A stretch of DNA of 64,000 bases from Chlamydiae bacterium RIFCSPLOWO2_12_FULL_45_20 (GTDB lineage Bacteria; Chlamydiota; Chlamydiia; Chlamydiales; SM23-39), in the NCBI GenBank assembly GCA_001796285.1, contig MGMD01000003.1, positions 19,794 to 83,793 of the forward strand, written 5' to 3'. The position numbers and the translations under genes were made by a program. The notes under the pieces are model-generated. The model had not been told where the DNA came from. It ran no database searches and saw nothing but the letters and a program-made list of their open reading frames with translations. Below, one piece after another: positions 1 to 10,437 of the stretch (positions are counted from its first letter, which is position 1; each line of letters opens with the position of its first letter).

Positions 1-289
1 CAACCGGAACAATCATCAACCGCACCTGGCCCGAATCGATAAATCCTTTCTGTAATTGTGGAATGAGTTTTTTGCTAAAAATCCTGCAGTTTGTACACTG
101 AAAATCCTCTATTAAAACAACTTCCACCGGCGCATTCGCATTCCCAAACGAAAGAAAGTGGCTTTGGAGTTGAAGCCGACGCTGCGGCTGCGCAAAATGG
201 ATGGCGCTTGCCAAGAAAAATACAAAAAAAATCGTCGCAAACGTTGCGAGCGCAAGGGATTTCTTGCCTTCCATAATCTCCCCATACAT
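1..289 (-). CDS. DsbA-like thioredoxin-fold protein, N-terminal part only (gene continues past window start)
   Basis: This ORF is absent from the ORF track because it is open at the window edge. Manual minus-strand translation from the ATG at 289 gives MYGEIMEGKKSLALATFATIFFVFFLASAIHFAQP...NAPVEVVLIEDFQCTNCRIFSKKLIPQLQKGFIDSGQVRLMIVPV. It has a hydrophobic signal or anchor followed by an F-x-C-x-x-C redox motif. An alternative ATG is at 274. Confidence 0.55.
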   Translation of the reverse strand, partial: MYGEIMEGKKSLALATFATIFFVFFLASAIHFAQPQRRLQLQSHFLSFGNANAPVEVVLIEDFQCTNCRIFSKKLIPQLQKGFIDSGQVRLMIVPV

Positions 290-384
290 GAGCTGTTTTT
301 TTTTGAAAAGAGAGAGCTCATTTGAGAACACTTGAATCTTGATACCTCAAGAAGGTATAGTATGACTTGAAATGAGTCTGAACA

Positions 385-1641
385 TTGCAACCAAAAATTT
401 ATGATGTCGGCGAGCATCGCATTGCTCCTGAAAAAATCGACACCCACGCCTTCTATGTGATCCAAAAGCTGAAAAAAGCAGGCCATACGGCCTACCTCGT
501 AGGAGGAGGAGTACGAGATCTTCTCCTCAACAAGAGCCCCAAAGACTTCGACGTCTCTACCTCCGCAAAACCCGACGAAATCAAGCTCCTCTTCCGAAAC
601 GCGATTCTTATTGGAAGACGCTTCCGACTCGCGCATATCCGCTTCGGTAAAAAGGTCATAGAAGTCTCCACTTTCCGCTCCGGCTCTATCGAAGAAGCCG
701 GGCTTATTGTCCGAGATAATGAATGGGGCAATGAAGAACAAGACGTCTTAAGACGTGACTTTACCATTAACGGCCTTTTTTATGATCCTGAAAATCAAAA
801 AGTTATTGATTACGTTGACGGCTATCCCGATATTGAAAAAGGGATTTTAAGGGCTATCGGCCAGCCTGAAGTTCGCTTCACCCAAGACCCAGTACGGATG
901 ATTCGCCTGATCAAATTTTGCGCCCGTTTTAATTTTGAAATTCATAAGCCTACCTTTAGTGCTCTTTTAAATTGTAAAGGCGAAATTCTCAAAAGCTCGT
1001 CAGCCCGCATTTTCGAGGAGCTTCTTCGTATGCTAGAGTCTGGGGCTTCCCAATCTTTTTTTCACCTCCTGAATGAATATGGTCTATTGAAAGCACTTTC
1101 CCCCACTCTCTCTCATTACCTAGCGGCTCGAGATAATGTCGTGCTGCAACTCCTGGGTGTCATCGATGATGAAATGAAAAAAAATCTGGGCAACATCGAC
1201 CGCTCGATTCTACTCTCAGCCCTTATTTTCCCTCTTTTTGAACAGGCGATCCAGGAAAAAAGCAAGGCACAAGAAAAACCGCTGCATTTAGGTCAGGTTA
1301 CTGATTGCGCGCATCGCACAATTGATGGAGTCTTCGCCCCATTTTTTAATCTTCCAAGGCGTATGAGAGGGATTATGGGTTTCATTCTTTCCGCACAATA
1401 CCGTTTTATATCTCTGGATGGGAAACCCCCTCGCAAACTGCGCGCTCCTAAGGATCGCAGCTTTCCCCTAGCCCTTCACCTTTTAAAGCTCCGCTCAGCG
1501 ATCCATACCGAACTGCTTCCCACTTATACTCTATGGACTGAGGCCTCCTTCCTGTCTCATGAGGACTCGCTAAACAGGAAAAACCTGTCCCAGCAAGAAC
1601 AGCCAAAAATCAGAAGGCGCCCCCGCCGAAGAAAACTGTGA
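385..1641 (+). CDS. pcnB: Poly(A) polymerase / tRNA nucleotidyltransferase family protein
   Basis: 418 aa. The N-terminal signature YLVGGGVRDLLLNKSPKDFDVST and RRDFTINGLFYD are typical of the PcnB/CCA-adding family. The C-terminal tail is basic. The start is a TTG in the track. Confidence 0.85.
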   Translation: MQPKIYDVGEHRIAPEKIDTHAFYVIQKLKKAGHTAYLVGGGVRDLLLNKSPKDFDVSTSAKPDEIKLLFRNAILIGRRFRLAHIRFGKKVIEVSTFRSGSIEEAGLIVRDNEWGNEEQDVLRRDFTINGLFYDPENQKVIDYVDGYPDIEKGILRAIGQPEVRFTQDPVRMIRLIKFCARFNFEIHKPTFSALLNCKGEILKSSSARIFEELLRMLESGASQSFFHLLNEYGLLKALSPTLSHYLAARDNVVLQLLGVIDDEMKKNLGNIDRSILLSALIFPLFEQAIQEKSKAQEKPLHLGQVTDCAHRTIDGVFAPFFNLPRRMRGIMGFILSAQYRFISLDGKPPRKLRAPKDRSFPLALHLLKLRSAIHTELLPTYTLWTEASFLSHEDSLNRKNLSQQEQPKIRRRPRRRKL

Positions 1642-1648
1642 GGAACCA

Positions 1649-2404
1649 GTGAAGAATCGATGTAGCGCCCTGCAAGTAGCTAATGATGTAACTCTTTACC
1701 ACGTGGGGCCAGCTCTAGACCACGGTCCCCTTCCTTCCCTGTTTTATTTCGCTATTTCAGGCCCCGATAGTCTGTGCTTAGATCCCTACAATCAAATCGT
1801 CCAATTTTTAGCGGGTCACATGATCCGTATTTTTTCCATGACCCTGCCTGGCCATGAAAATGGCCTGCCTGCAGAAGGAGCCATGAAGATCTGGGCTGAA
1901 GATTTCTTAAAAGGCAGAAATTGCATAGAAACGTTTCTCCAAACTCTCGATCAAGCCATCGATTTTGCAATCCGCGAAAAATTTGTAGACCCCACAAAAC
2001 TGGCCTGCGCAGGCTTATCAAGGGGGGGCTTTATCGCCTCGCATTTGGCAGCTCGTGATACAAGATTTCGCTACCTTCTCTTTTTTTCTCCATTAACTAA
2101 ACTCTCTGCAATCAAGGAATTTAAGGGACACCCAAATCTTGCACTCGCAAGCCAGCTGGACGTAATCCATCTAGCCGATTCAATCAGCGATCGGCACATC
2201 CGCCTCTACATTGGCAATGACGACACCCGGGTAGGGACTCGCCACTGCTTTGACTACGCCATGAAGATCGTTGAAAAAAAAAAGACTCGGTCTGCGCACG
2301 TCGAGCTGGTGATCTATCCTTCCATCGGTCAAATGGGCCATGGAACCCCTCCTGAAATTTTTAGCCTCGGAGCGGATTGGATCCGAACCCTACTACTGCA
2401 ATAG
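1649..2404 (+). CDS. Alpha/beta hydrolase (esterase/dienelactone-hydrolase-like)
   Basis: 251 aa. It has the nucleophile elbow G-L-S-R-G-G (GxSxG) and a C-terminal GHG histidine region. Confidence 0.6.
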   Translation: MKNRCSALQVANDVTLYHVGPALDHGPLPSLFYFAISGPDSLCLDPYNQIVQFLAGHMIRIFSMTLPGHENGLPAEGAMKIWAEDFLKGRNCIETFLQTLDQAIDFAIREKFVDPTKLACAGLSRGGFIASHLAARDTRFRYLLFFSPLTKLSAIKEFKGHPNLALASQLDVIHLADSISDRHIRLYIGNDDTRVGTRHCFDYAMKIVEKKKTRSAHVELVIYPSIGQMGHGTPPEIFSLGADWIRTLLLQ

Positions 2405-3492
2405 ATCTCTTTATTTCAGCAGGAGAGATCAGCGGAGATCTACACGGCTCGAAGCTGATTGAAAAAATCCACGAGATCAACCCCTCTTGTGCCATCGGCG
2501 CAGTGGCTGGCCCAAAAATGAGACAGTGTGCCATTCAGGAATTTTTCAAAATGGAAGATCTCCTGGTAATGGGATTCATCGACGTCGTTCAGGCGCTTCC
2601 CAGGCTCTATCGACAATTTTTTGCAATCCGAAACCAAATTGTCAGACTCAACCCCAAAGTCGTTGTTTTGATTGACTATCCAGGCCTACATTTAAGACTC
2701 GCAAAAAGCCTAAAAAAGCAAGGATTTCTGGGAAAAATCGTCCACTATATTTGCCCTACTGTTTGGGCGTGGAAGAAAAACCGCATCTTTTTCATGGAAA
2801 CATACCTCGATCATCTACTGACGATTTTTCCTTTCGAGCTAAAATGCTTTGAAAATACCACGCTTTCTGTAGAGTATGTCGGCCATCCACTGGTTCCAAC
2901 AACCTCCAGATTTCAGCCCTCTGGAAAATTTCAAGGGAAGATTTTAGCTCTTTTTCCCGGCAGTAGAAAAGCGGAAATCGAACGCAACTTGCCCTTGCAG
3001 CTCAAAGTTGCCAAAAGACTACAAGCTCTTGATCCTGAACTGCAAATCATTCTTTCAAAATCCCCACTGGATCTAGATATCCCAGGTGTCCAAACAGTCC
3101 CCCCAGAAGATAATTACGAACTGATGAGCGCGGCCCTCTTGGCCATCGCCACCTCCGGGACAGTAACGCTTGAACTCGCCTTAATGGGCGTTCCCACCGT
3201 TGTCAATTTTGCAATCAGGCCCATGGATTGCTGGATAGCTAAGAACATTTTTCGCATCCATTTACCGTTCTACTGCATCGTCAATATTCTTTTAGAACAG
3301 GAGGTGTTTCCTGAGCTCTTTGGACCGCACTTTACAGAAGAAGCGCTATTCTATTGGTCAAAAAAATTCTGGGGCGAAGAATCCGCCAGGAAGCACGCTA
3401 AAAACCTATGTAAAGAAGTGCGTAAGTATTTGGGTATCAAGGATGCATCGAAAGAAGCTGCAAAAACTATTGTCTCTTTTATAGATTTTTAA
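2377..3492 (+). CDS. lpxB: Lipid-A-disaccharide synthase
   Basis: 371 aa. The N-terminal FISAGEISGDLHGSKLI matches the LpxB AGE-SGD motif. GSRKAEIERNLP and the TSGTVTLELALMGVP block are also present. Confidence 0.9.
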   Translation: MDPNPTTAIDLFISAGEISGDLHGSKLIEKIHEINPSCAIGAVAGPKMRQCAIQEFFKMEDLLVMGFIDVVQALPRLYRQFFAIRNQIVRLNPKVVVLIDYPGLHLRLAKSLKKQGFLGKIVHYICPTVWAWKKNRIFFMETYLDHLLTIFPFELKCFENTTLSVEYVGHPLVPTTSRFQPSGKFQGKILALFPGSRKAEIERNLPLQLKVAKRLQALDPELQIILSKSPLDLDIPGVQTVPPEDNYELMSAALLAIATSGTVTLELALMGVPTVVNFAIRPMDCWIAKNIFRIHLPFYCIVNILLEQEVFPELFGPHFTEEALFYWSKKFWGEESARKHAKNLCKEVRKYLGIKDASKEAAKTIVSFIDF

Positions 3493-3519
3493 CTTCCTGA
3501 TCTTTAAACTCTCTAATTT

Positions 3520-3981
3520 ATGTCGGCGTGTGATATTTTAATCGACCGTTTAAAAAATGGAGCAGTCGAGAAGATTGCCCAAGAACTCGACTCGAGTCTT
3601 TTGGGACCTGATGAGGAAGATCTTAAGTTTTCCTTCCCGGTAAACGTTTTAGGAGAGGCATACCTAACGGACGATCATTTAATCATCCACTTAAAGGTGG
3701 AAACCAAGATTTTTATGCCCTGCGCCATTTGCAACCAGATGGTCTCGGCCGACTTAAAGGTAGACCACTTGTACCAGGCCATTCCTATAGAAGAGATCCC
3801 GAGCGCTGTATTTGATTACAAACAGCTTTTAAGGGAAGCTCTTTTACTGGAGCTGCCGAAAACTGTTGAATGCAATCAAGGAAAGTGCCCCGAAAGAGAG
3901 TTAGTGGAGCCTTACTTGAGGAAAGATTGGGATAAAGTCAACTTTCCCTTTGCAGATATGGATAAAAATACTAACGATTAG
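3520..3981 (+). CDS. YceD/DUF177 family protein (upstream partner of rpmF-plsX)
   Basis: 153 aa and acidic, with a CAIC...C cysteine cluster. Its position immediately upstream of rpmF-plsX matches the conserved yceD-rpmF-plsX arrangement. Confidence 0.6.
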   Translation: MSACDILIDRLKNGAVEKIAQELDSSLLGPDEEDLKFSFPVNVLGEAYLTDDHLIIHLKVETKIFMPCAICNQMVSADLKVDHLYQAIPIEEIPSAVFDYKQLLREALLLELPKTVECNQGKCPERELVEPYLRKDWDKVNFPFADMDKNTND

Positions 3982-3992
3982 GAGTAAAAATA

Positions 3993-4169
3993 ATGGCTGT
4001 ACCACGCAACCGGACTTCCAATGCGAAAAAAAACTCGCGCCGTTCGCACCACGCTAAAAAGCCAAAAAATCTGTCAAGCTGTCCCAATTGCGGTAAACCC
4101 CGATTGTCCCACCGGATTTGCCCCTCTTGTGGCCAATATAAAGGCCAGGCCTTTGGAGCACCTGTTTAA
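3993..4169 (+). CDS. rpmF: 50S ribosomal protein L32
   Basis: This gene is absent from the ORF track (58 aa). Manual translation gives MAVPRNRTSNAKKNSRRSHHAKKPKNLSSCPNCGKPRLSHRICPSCGQYKGQAFGAPV*. It shows the canonical L32 N-terminus and a CxxC...CxxC zinc ribbon. A GGAG lies 8 nt upstream. Confidence 0.9.
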   Translation: MAVPRNRTSNAKKNSRRSHHAKKPKNLSSCPNCGKPRLSHRICPSCGQYKGQAFGAPV

Positions 4170-5082
4170 GATCGGTGTCGATTTAATGGGGAACGACAAT
4201 GACCCCAAGCGGCTTTTAGAAGCCTTAGAGGCTCTTTTTTTGCCAAAAAATGCGCAGTTAGTCTGTATTGGCACAAAGGAGTTCGGCACAGATCGTTTTG
4301 AATACGTCTCTGTCGATGAGTTTATTGGCATGGAAGAAAGCCCTCTTCTTGCGCTACGCAAGAAAAAAGGAGCTTCGATCCCTGTCGGTTTTCGTATGCT
4401 GAAAAAAGGGCAAATCGACGCCTTTGTGTCTGCTGGTAATACGGGAGCCCTTGTCTCGGCAGCGAAAATGATCCTTTCCACACTGCCTGGGATTTTAAGA
4501 CCTAGTCTATTAACTCTAATGCCGACAAAAAAAAGTCCTGTGGCTGTTTTAGATGTGGGGGCCAATATTCAAGCGAAAGAATCCCATTTGGTGCAATTTG
4601 CCAAACTCGGTGTGGCTTTTCAAAAGATTCGGGGAATTCAAAACCCGAGAGTCGGACTGTTAAACATTGGATCGGAAGCCGTGAAGGGAACCTCCCAGCT
4701 CAAAGCCGCTTATCACCACTTACAGAAAATGAAAGGTTTTACATTTGCAGGGAATATTGAAGGAAAAACAGTCTTTGATGGCGACGTCGACGTGATCGTC
4801 ACGGATGGGTTCACGGGCAATATTTTTTTAAAAACGGCCGAAGGGATTGCGAGCTTAATTCTCGATAAAATTGAAAAAAACAGCCATGAGGTGGAAAGGT
4901 TTCAGTCTTTACATTATTCTGAATATCCTGGAGCTCTTCTTGCTGGCGTAAAGGGGATTGCGATCAAATGTCACGGTTACTCGTCTTTAAAAGGTTTTAC
5001 CAATGCGGTACTGGGAAGCCTTGATTTAGTCAAAGAGGGGTACGTACAAAAATTCATGAATGAGCTAAACTGCATTAAATAA
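4153..5082 (+). CDS. plsX: Phosphate acyltransferase PlsX
   Basis: IGVDLMGNDNDP matches the PlsX N-terminal AVDAMGGD motif, and SAGNTGAL and TDGFTGNI are also present. The track ORF start at 4021 overlaps rpmF in another frame. I place the start at the in-frame TTG at 4153 (MEHLFKIGVD), but this start is uncertain. Confidence 0.8.
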   Translation: MEHLFKIGVDLMGNDNDPKRLLEALEALFLPKNAQLVCIGTKEFGTDRFEYVSVDEFIGMEESPLLALRKKKGASIPVGFRMLKKGQIDAFVSAGNTGALVSAAKMILSTLPGILRPSLLTLMPTKKSPVAVLDVGANIQAKESHLVQFAKLGVAFQKIRGIQNPRVGLLNIGSEAVKGTSQLKAAYHHLQKMKGFTFAGNIEGKTVFDGDVDVIVTDGFTGNIFLKTAEGIASLILDKIEKNSHEVERFQSLHYSEYPGALLAGVKGIAIKCHGYSSLKGFTNAVLGSLDLVKEGYVQKFMNELNCIK

Positions 5083-5094
5083 GGCGTATGTTCT

Positions 5095-6636
5095 ATGCAC
5101 GATATTCTCCTCAATATTGAATCGAAAGAGATTCGCTTTGCTTATCTGAAGCATGGGCAACTCCATGACCTAATTTTTGATCGAAAAAAGTCACGCCAAA
5201 TCACGGGCAACATCTACCGTGGGAAAGTGACGAATATTCTTCACAATATTCAGTCTGCTTTTATCGATATTGATGCAGGAGAAAATGGATTCATTCACAT
5301 TAGTGACATCTTGGAAAATAAAAAAAAATTTGAAGAGATGTTCGATATGGATTTTGACCTTGATGACGAAGCCCCTGTCACTGGGAAGACCCTAAAAGCG
5401 AAAGAAATCTCTCAGGTATTAAAAATTGATCAGCCCGTTCTTGTGCAAGTCGTCAAAGAGCCCATTGGCTCGAAAGGGGCGCGTCTGACTTCCAATCTTT
5501 CTATCGCAGGTCGCTACCTCGTCTTGTTGCCGAACAATCCGCATCGGGGCGTTTCTCGAAGAATTGAGGATAAGGGGACGCGCGATCGTCTAAAAAAAAC
5601 GATTCGATCCTTTGAAATGCCCCAAGATATGGGGCTGATTTGCCGGACGGCAAGCGCCCATGCGACAACCGACCAACTCATAGATGAAGCAACAGAGCTT
5701 TTGCACAGTTGGGAAACAACTGTGGAAAACTTTGAAAAGTCGAATAAACCCCAGCTTCTTTTTGAAGAATCTGATCTCATCAAAAGAGTTGTAACGCAGT
5801 GTGTTGACAAGAAAGTGGATCGCCTTTTGATTGATGATCACGCGACCTACCTTCGTTGTAAAAAGCTATATCAGAAGTACATGGAAGAACACCCATTGAA
5901 AATGGAATTATATCGCGATTCCACTCCGATGTTTGAGAGATTCAATGTGGAAAAAGAGATTGACCGTGCTGTAAAAAGAAAAATCTGGCTGGGCTCAGGG
6001 GGTTATCTCTTTTTTGACCGAACGGAGGCGATGCATACCATCGACGTCAATTCGGGGAGAAGTTCAACAAACCCAAAAGGGACTGATGTAGAAGAAACAC
6101 TTGTCCGCATTAATCTAGAAGCGGCAGAGGAAATTGCAAGACAGCTTCGGATTCGCAATATTGGCGGGCTGATTATTTGTGACTTTATCGATATGCGCTC
6201 GAAGAAGAATCAAAAGCGTGTTTTAGACAGATTAAAAGACTGTATGAAAGAGGACTCAGCGAAGTGCACAATTCTGGGAATGAGCGAGTTTGGACTGATC
6301 GAGATGACCAGACAAAGGAATCGAGAATCTCTTTCCCAAACCCTCAATACTTCTTGTCCCTACTGTGTGGGCACCGGTCTAGTTAAGACCCACGAGAGTA
6401 TTTCTGTGGAAATTGAAAGAGCATTAAAAAAACTCATCCACTGCCACAATCAGTATGCACTCAAGTTAATTGTACATCCAGAGTTGAATAAGCACCTGGA
6501 TTCTGGCGACAAAGACTATTACTTGGAACTTGCTGGCAAGGCGAATGCCCATCTTGAGTTTGCCCTCAATGACAACCTTCATTTAAACGAATTCTTTTTC
6601 TTCTCGACGATCAATGGACAGAAAATTGACACATGA
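5095..6636 (+). CDS. rng: Ribonuclease G/E family endoribonuclease
   Basis: 513 aa. It has an S1 domain (GNIYRGKVTNILHNIQSAFIDIDAGENGFIHISD), the DNase-I-like block TEAMHTIDVNSG, and CPYCVGTG near the C-terminus. Confidence 0.9.
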   Translation: MHDILLNIESKEIRFAYLKHGQLHDLIFDRKKSRQITGNIYRGKVTNILHNIQSAFIDIDAGENGFIHISDILENKKKFEEMFDMDFDLDDEAPVTGKTLKAKEISQVLKIDQPVLVQVVKEPIGSKGARLTSNLSIAGRYLVLLPNNPHRGVSRRIEDKGTRDRLKKTIRSFEMPQDMGLICRTASAHATTDQLIDEATELLHSWETTVENFEKSNKPQLLFEESDLIKRVVTQCVDKKVDRLLIDDHATYLRCKKLYQKYMEEHPLKMELYRDSTPMFERFNVEKEIDRAVKRKIWLGSGGYLFFDRTEAMHTIDVNSGRSSTNPKGTDVEETLVRINLEAAEEIARQLRIRNIGGLIICDFIDMRSKKNQKRVLDRLKDCMKEDSAKCTILGMSEFGLIEMTRQRNRESLSQTLNTSCPYCVGTGLVKTHESISVEIERALKKLIHCHNQYALKLIVHPELNKHLDSGDKDYYLELAGKANAHLEFALNDNLHLNEFFFFSTINGQKIDT

Positions 6637-7567
6637 CCATTTCCCCCCAAAAACCCAAAAAATCCTGGAGGGTTTTTTTGACTCCTATCAGAAAATTACA
6701 AAGCAAGATGTGGAGATCTTAAAGACTTTTCGCAAGCTGTTAGAAAAACAACTGAAGAATCCCTTTCAGTTTGAGCCTTATCATAAAAAAGTAAGAAGCC
6801 CCTTTGACTATTACCAGTTTGGCCTAGATTTTGTTAGGCCACTGATCGATTTATCTCACTCAAGAGTAACGGGTCTTGAAAATTTAAAAAAAATAGATGA
6901 TCAGCTCCACAAACAAGAAAACGTCATTCTTTTAGCCAATCACCAAACGGAAACAGATCCACTGGCCATTTCTATTCTGCTTGAAAATAGCCATCCCCAT
7001 ATTGGAGAGAAAATCATTTATGTCGCTGGGGAAAGAGTGGTTACAGATCCTCTGGCTATCCCCTTTAGCATGGGATGCGACCTTCTTTGTATCTACTCCA
7101 AGCGCTACATCCACCATCCTCCTGAAGAAAAAATGCAAAAACAGCTTCATAATAAGCATACGATGGAGTTGATGAGCCGCCTCTTTAAGGAAGGGGGAAA
7201 GATTATCTATGTGGCCCCTAGCGGGGGGAGAGATCGGCGAGGCCCCTCTGGAGCAGTAGAGATCGCTCCGTTCGACCCGGCGAGTGTTGAGATGATGCTT
7301 CTGATGGCAAAAAAATCTGGGGTGATCACCCATTTCTATCCCCTGACTCTTGCGACCTATGACCTCCTGCCCCCTCCTGAAACGGTACAGAAGGAGCTGG
7401 GAGAAGCACGAAAAGCCAAGCGATGCCCGATCTATATGGATTTTAGAGAAGAATTCGATATGGAATGTTTTTTTGGATCTGACGAGAAAAATAAAGTCCT
7501 AAAGCGTAAGATGAGAGCTGAGGCAATCTGGAAGATTGTCAAGGAAACGTACGAAAGGATAAAATGA
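6614..7567 (+). CDS. plsB: Glycerol-3-phosphate acyltransferase, plant/plastid (ATS1)-like type as in chlamydial PlsB
   Basis: 317 aa. It has the acyltransferase HX4D motif in LLANHQTETDP and the APSGGRDR block. Confidence 0.75.
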   Translation: MDRKLTHDHFPPKTQKILEGFFDSYQKITKQDVEILKTFRKLLEKQLKNPFQFEPYHKKVRSPFDYYQFGLDFVRPLIDLSHSRVTGLENLKKIDDQLHKQENVILLANHQTETDPLAISILLENSHPHIGEKIIYVAGERVVTDPLAIPFSMGCDLLCIYSKRYIHHPPEEKMQKQLHNKHTMELMSRLFKEGGKIIYVAPSGGRDRRGPSGAVEIAPFDPASVEMMLLMAKKSGVITHFYPLTLATYDLLPPPETVQKELGEARKAKRCPIYMDFREEFDMECFFGSDEKNKVLKRKMRAEAIWKIVKETYERIK

Positions 7568-10437
7568 TTCAGGAACTGATCTCGGTGACTTCGTTGCTAC
7601 TCACTTCATTTTCTTCCCTGAATCCCTACACTGTGATCGATGACCAGTCTGAGCTTACGTATTTAAACCCAACCTTGCAAAACCGCAAAACCCTAAAACT
7701 TCAACTGGCCAATGGCTTAGAAGCACTGATTATCTCCGATGAAATGGCAGACCAGTCTGCGGCTGCTGTACGTGTTGGGGTGGGATCCTGGAATGATCCT
7801 TTCGAGTATCCGGGCATGGCGCATTTCTGTGAGCATATGCTATTCATGGGCACAGAAAAGTACCCGAGCGAAAATGAATTTTCTTCCCTGATTACCGATT
7901 ATGCAGGAGAGACGAACGCATTTACGGCACCAGATCGAACCGTCTATATGCTCTCATGCCAAGAAAGGGGGTTTTTACCTCTTCTAGATCGATTTGCCAA
8001 CTTTTTTATCAATCCCCTCTTTAATCCGTCCAATATTGCAAGAGAAATGCACGCCGTGGACCAGGAGCATGCGAAAAACATCGAAAATGACGGCTGGCGG
8101 GAATACATGATTTTTAAAGAAACCGGCAATCCTGAGCATCCTAACCGATCTTTTTCGACGGGCTCTTCAGAGACGTTAAGCAAGATCCCTCCCCAGATGT
8201 TAAAAAAGTGGCATAAAGAGCAGTATGGCGCTGATAAAATGCATCTTGTGGTCTATTCGTCATTACCGCTAGATCTTTTAAAAGAAGAAGTCGTCAAAAT
8301 CTTTTCTGAAGTGCCTATAAGCGCACAAAACCACATCGATACCAATGGTCTTTTAAGCTCTCGTCAGCAGCTGGGCGCCATCACTTTTATCAAGCCGGTT
8401 CAGAATCTGCAAACGGTCACCTTAACTTGGGAGCTACCCCAAGAACTCTCGCTAGACCCGTCCAAATCAGTAGAACTGATTGCTTTTGCCCTCGATAGGG
8501 GCCAACCCCATAGCCTTTATGAAAAACTGCAAAAAGAACACCTGATCGACCATCTATCAGTTCGCGTCGATGATCTAGGAGGGCCAAGCCATAAGCTTTT
8601 GCAGATGAGCCTCGAGCTAACAAAAAAGGGCATGGCTGAACTTGAGATCGCAATTTTACACTGCTTTGAGGGGATTGCGAATATAAAGGAACACGGAATT
8701 CCTGAATACTTACACCATGAAAAAAATGCGATGGCGAGGCTAAACTATGAGTATCAAGAAAGGGAAAGTCCATTTAAATACATCACCTCGCTAGCAGACC
8801 ATATCGCATATGAACACTTAAGCACCTTTCCGAAAAACACCCTTCTTTCCTCACACCTTGACCCAGCCAAAATTGCCACCGTCCTTTCTTATCTTTCTCC
8901 TCAAAACTGCATGATTAGCGTTATGGCGGATCCCTCTATAACCAAAGTACAACCGACTAAAAAAGAGAAGTGGCTAGGCGGCGAATATGAGCTTCGCCCG
9001 ATCCCAGAAAAATGGATGCGTTCATGGACTCATGCATTGGCCAATCCTGATATTAAAACGCCAGGCCCCAATCCCTTCATCCCAGAGAATCTCCGGTTGA
9101 TACAAACGGCAGGGAGCCTTCCGACTCTCATAGCGAGCGATCATCTGGGAGAGGCCTTTTATGTTCGTTCCTCTGAGTTTGGAGGTCCTGAGAGCGTCTA
9201 TCACCTCCACATCCTCTCTCCTAGCCTGAACATCAGTGTAAAAAGCTCCGTACTCGCCTCCCTCTATCTCGACCATCTAACGGATGTGCTACACCCCACC
9301 CTCTCCGCTGCTAAATCAGCGGGGCTGAGCTGCGCATTCAGCCTTGAGAGGTGCTCCCTTCATCTAGCGCTTTCTGGCTATAGTGAAAAAGCTCCTTTAC
9401 TCCTGCAACACATCGCTAAGGAGATGTCCGAGGGCTCTCTCCCTTCCTTAGAGCAATTTGCGATCTACTTCGACCGACATGAAAAGGCTTATTTGAACGG
9501 GGAAAAAGAGCTGGCGGCTAAACAAGCAAAAGAGCTGGCCGATGCAATTGTGAGCCCACATGCCGCTACGCGTAAGGAAAAACTACAAGCACTGCGTAGT
9601 ATTCCGTATGAAGAATTCCTGGCCTTTCACCAAAACCTTCTTGAGACAACCTATCTCAAAGCCCTTTTTGCAGGGAATTTGACGATCAAAGATGCGGAAA
9701 GAGCTTGGCTTGATGTCATCCACTTCCTTGGAAAGCCTCCATATTCCAAAGAAGACCATCCCATGATGAAAACCATCCAGCTGCCGGAGAAAGGGGGGCC
9801 CTTTAAACTGACCCAACAAATAGATGTGCAAGGCAATGCGGCACTGCTTTTGATTGATGAAGGGGATTTTTCTTTTCAAAAGAAAGCGGCCCAAGAGGTT
9901 CTGACTGGGGCTCTCAAGGAAGCGTTTTATAATGAACTGAGAACCAAACAAAAAACAGGCTACATTGTATCGAGCGGATCTAATGAAGTGGAAAAGAGAC
10001 TATTTCGAACCTTTATCGTCCAATCCAACTCGCATCAACCTGAGGAACTGCTTTTTCGCTTTGAGCAGTTTATCGAGATCTTTAACGATTCGCTTGCGGA
10101 AGAAATTCCACAAGAGCGCTTTTTGACGTTAAAGCGAAGTCTCATGGATTCTTTGAAAAACCGCTTTCGAAACCTAGCTACCAAAAGTTCCCTTTGGGAT
10201 TTTTTGGCCTTTGAGAAAAAGGGGGACTTTGCATTTGTGCCAAAAAAAATCCAAGCTCTAGAGGATTTAGAATACAGCGACTTTCTTCATATAGCCCACG
10301 ACTTTTTATCTCGGGAGAATAAAAAACGGATGGCTGTGCTCTTTGAAGGGAAGCTGGCAAACCCTTTTGCGTACCAGCCGATTACCTTGCCTGAAATGAG
10401 CGAGATCGCAAACAGTCCAGCAACCTTACATCATTAA
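7564..10437 (+). CDS. M16 insulinase/pitrilysin-family zinc metalloprotease
   Basis: 957 aa. It has the inverted zinc motif HFCEHMLFMGTEKYP (HxxEH). The ATGA start overlaps the plsB stop. Confidence 0.9.
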   Translation: MIQELISVTSLLLTSFSSLNPYTVIDDQSELTYLNPTLQNRKTLKLQLANGLEALIISDEMADQSAAAVRVGVGSWNDPFEYPGMAHFCEHMLFMGTEKYPSENEFSSLITDYAGETNAFTAPDRTVYMLSCQERGFLPLLDRFANFFINPLFNPSNIAREMHAVDQEHAKNIENDGWREYMIFKETGNPEHPNRSFSTGSSETLSKIPPQMLKKWHKEQYGADKMHLVVYSSLPLDLLKEEVVKIFSEVPISAQNHIDTNGLLSSRQQLGAITFIKPVQNLQTVTLTWELPQELSLDPSKSVELIAFALDRGQPHSLYEKLQKEHLIDHLSVRVDDLGGPSHKLLQMSLELTKKGMAELEIAILHCFEGIANIKEHGIPEYLHHEKNAMARLNYEYQERESPFKYITSLADHIAYEHLSTFPKNTLLSSHLDPAKIATVLSYLSPQNCMISVMADPSITKVQPTKKEKWLGGEYELRPIPEKWMRSWTHALANPDIKTPGPNPFIPENLRLIQTAGSLPTLIASDHLGEAFYVRSSEFGGPESVYHLHILSPSLNISVKSSVLASLYLDHLTDVLHPTLSAAKSAGLSCAFSLERCSLHLALSGYSEKAPLLLQHIAKEMSEGSLPSLEQFAIYFDRHEKAYLNGEKELAAKQAKELADAIVSPHAATRKEKLQALRSIPYEEFLAFHQNLLETTYLKALFAGNLTIKDAERAWLDVIHFLGKPPYSKEDHPMMKTIQLPEKGGPFKLTQQIDVQGNAALLLIDEGDFSFQKKAAQEVLTGALKEAFYNELRTKQKTGYIVSSGSNEVEKRLFRTFIVQSNSHQPEELLFRFEQFIEIFNDSLAEEIPQERFLTLKRSLMDSLKNRFRNLATKSSLWDFLAFEKKGDFAFVPKKIQALEDLEYSDFLHIAHDFLSRENKKRMAVLFEGKLANPFAYQPITLPEMSEIANSPATLHH

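Noticed and set aside
112-741. A 209-aa minus-strand ORF overlapping the start of pcnB.
   Set aside because: It lies antisense to, or out of frame with, two well-supported genes: the DsbA-like gene at 1-289 and pcnB. Its translation is low-complexity (R/S/F-rich) with no motif. It is a spurious shadow ORF.
4021-4152. The 5' extension of the plsX track ORF (MRKKTRAVRTTLKSQKICQAV...).
   Set aside because: It overlaps rpmF (3993-4169) in another frame. Its translation is the out-of-frame reading of the L32 gene, and PlsX homology only begins at ...FKIGVDLMG.
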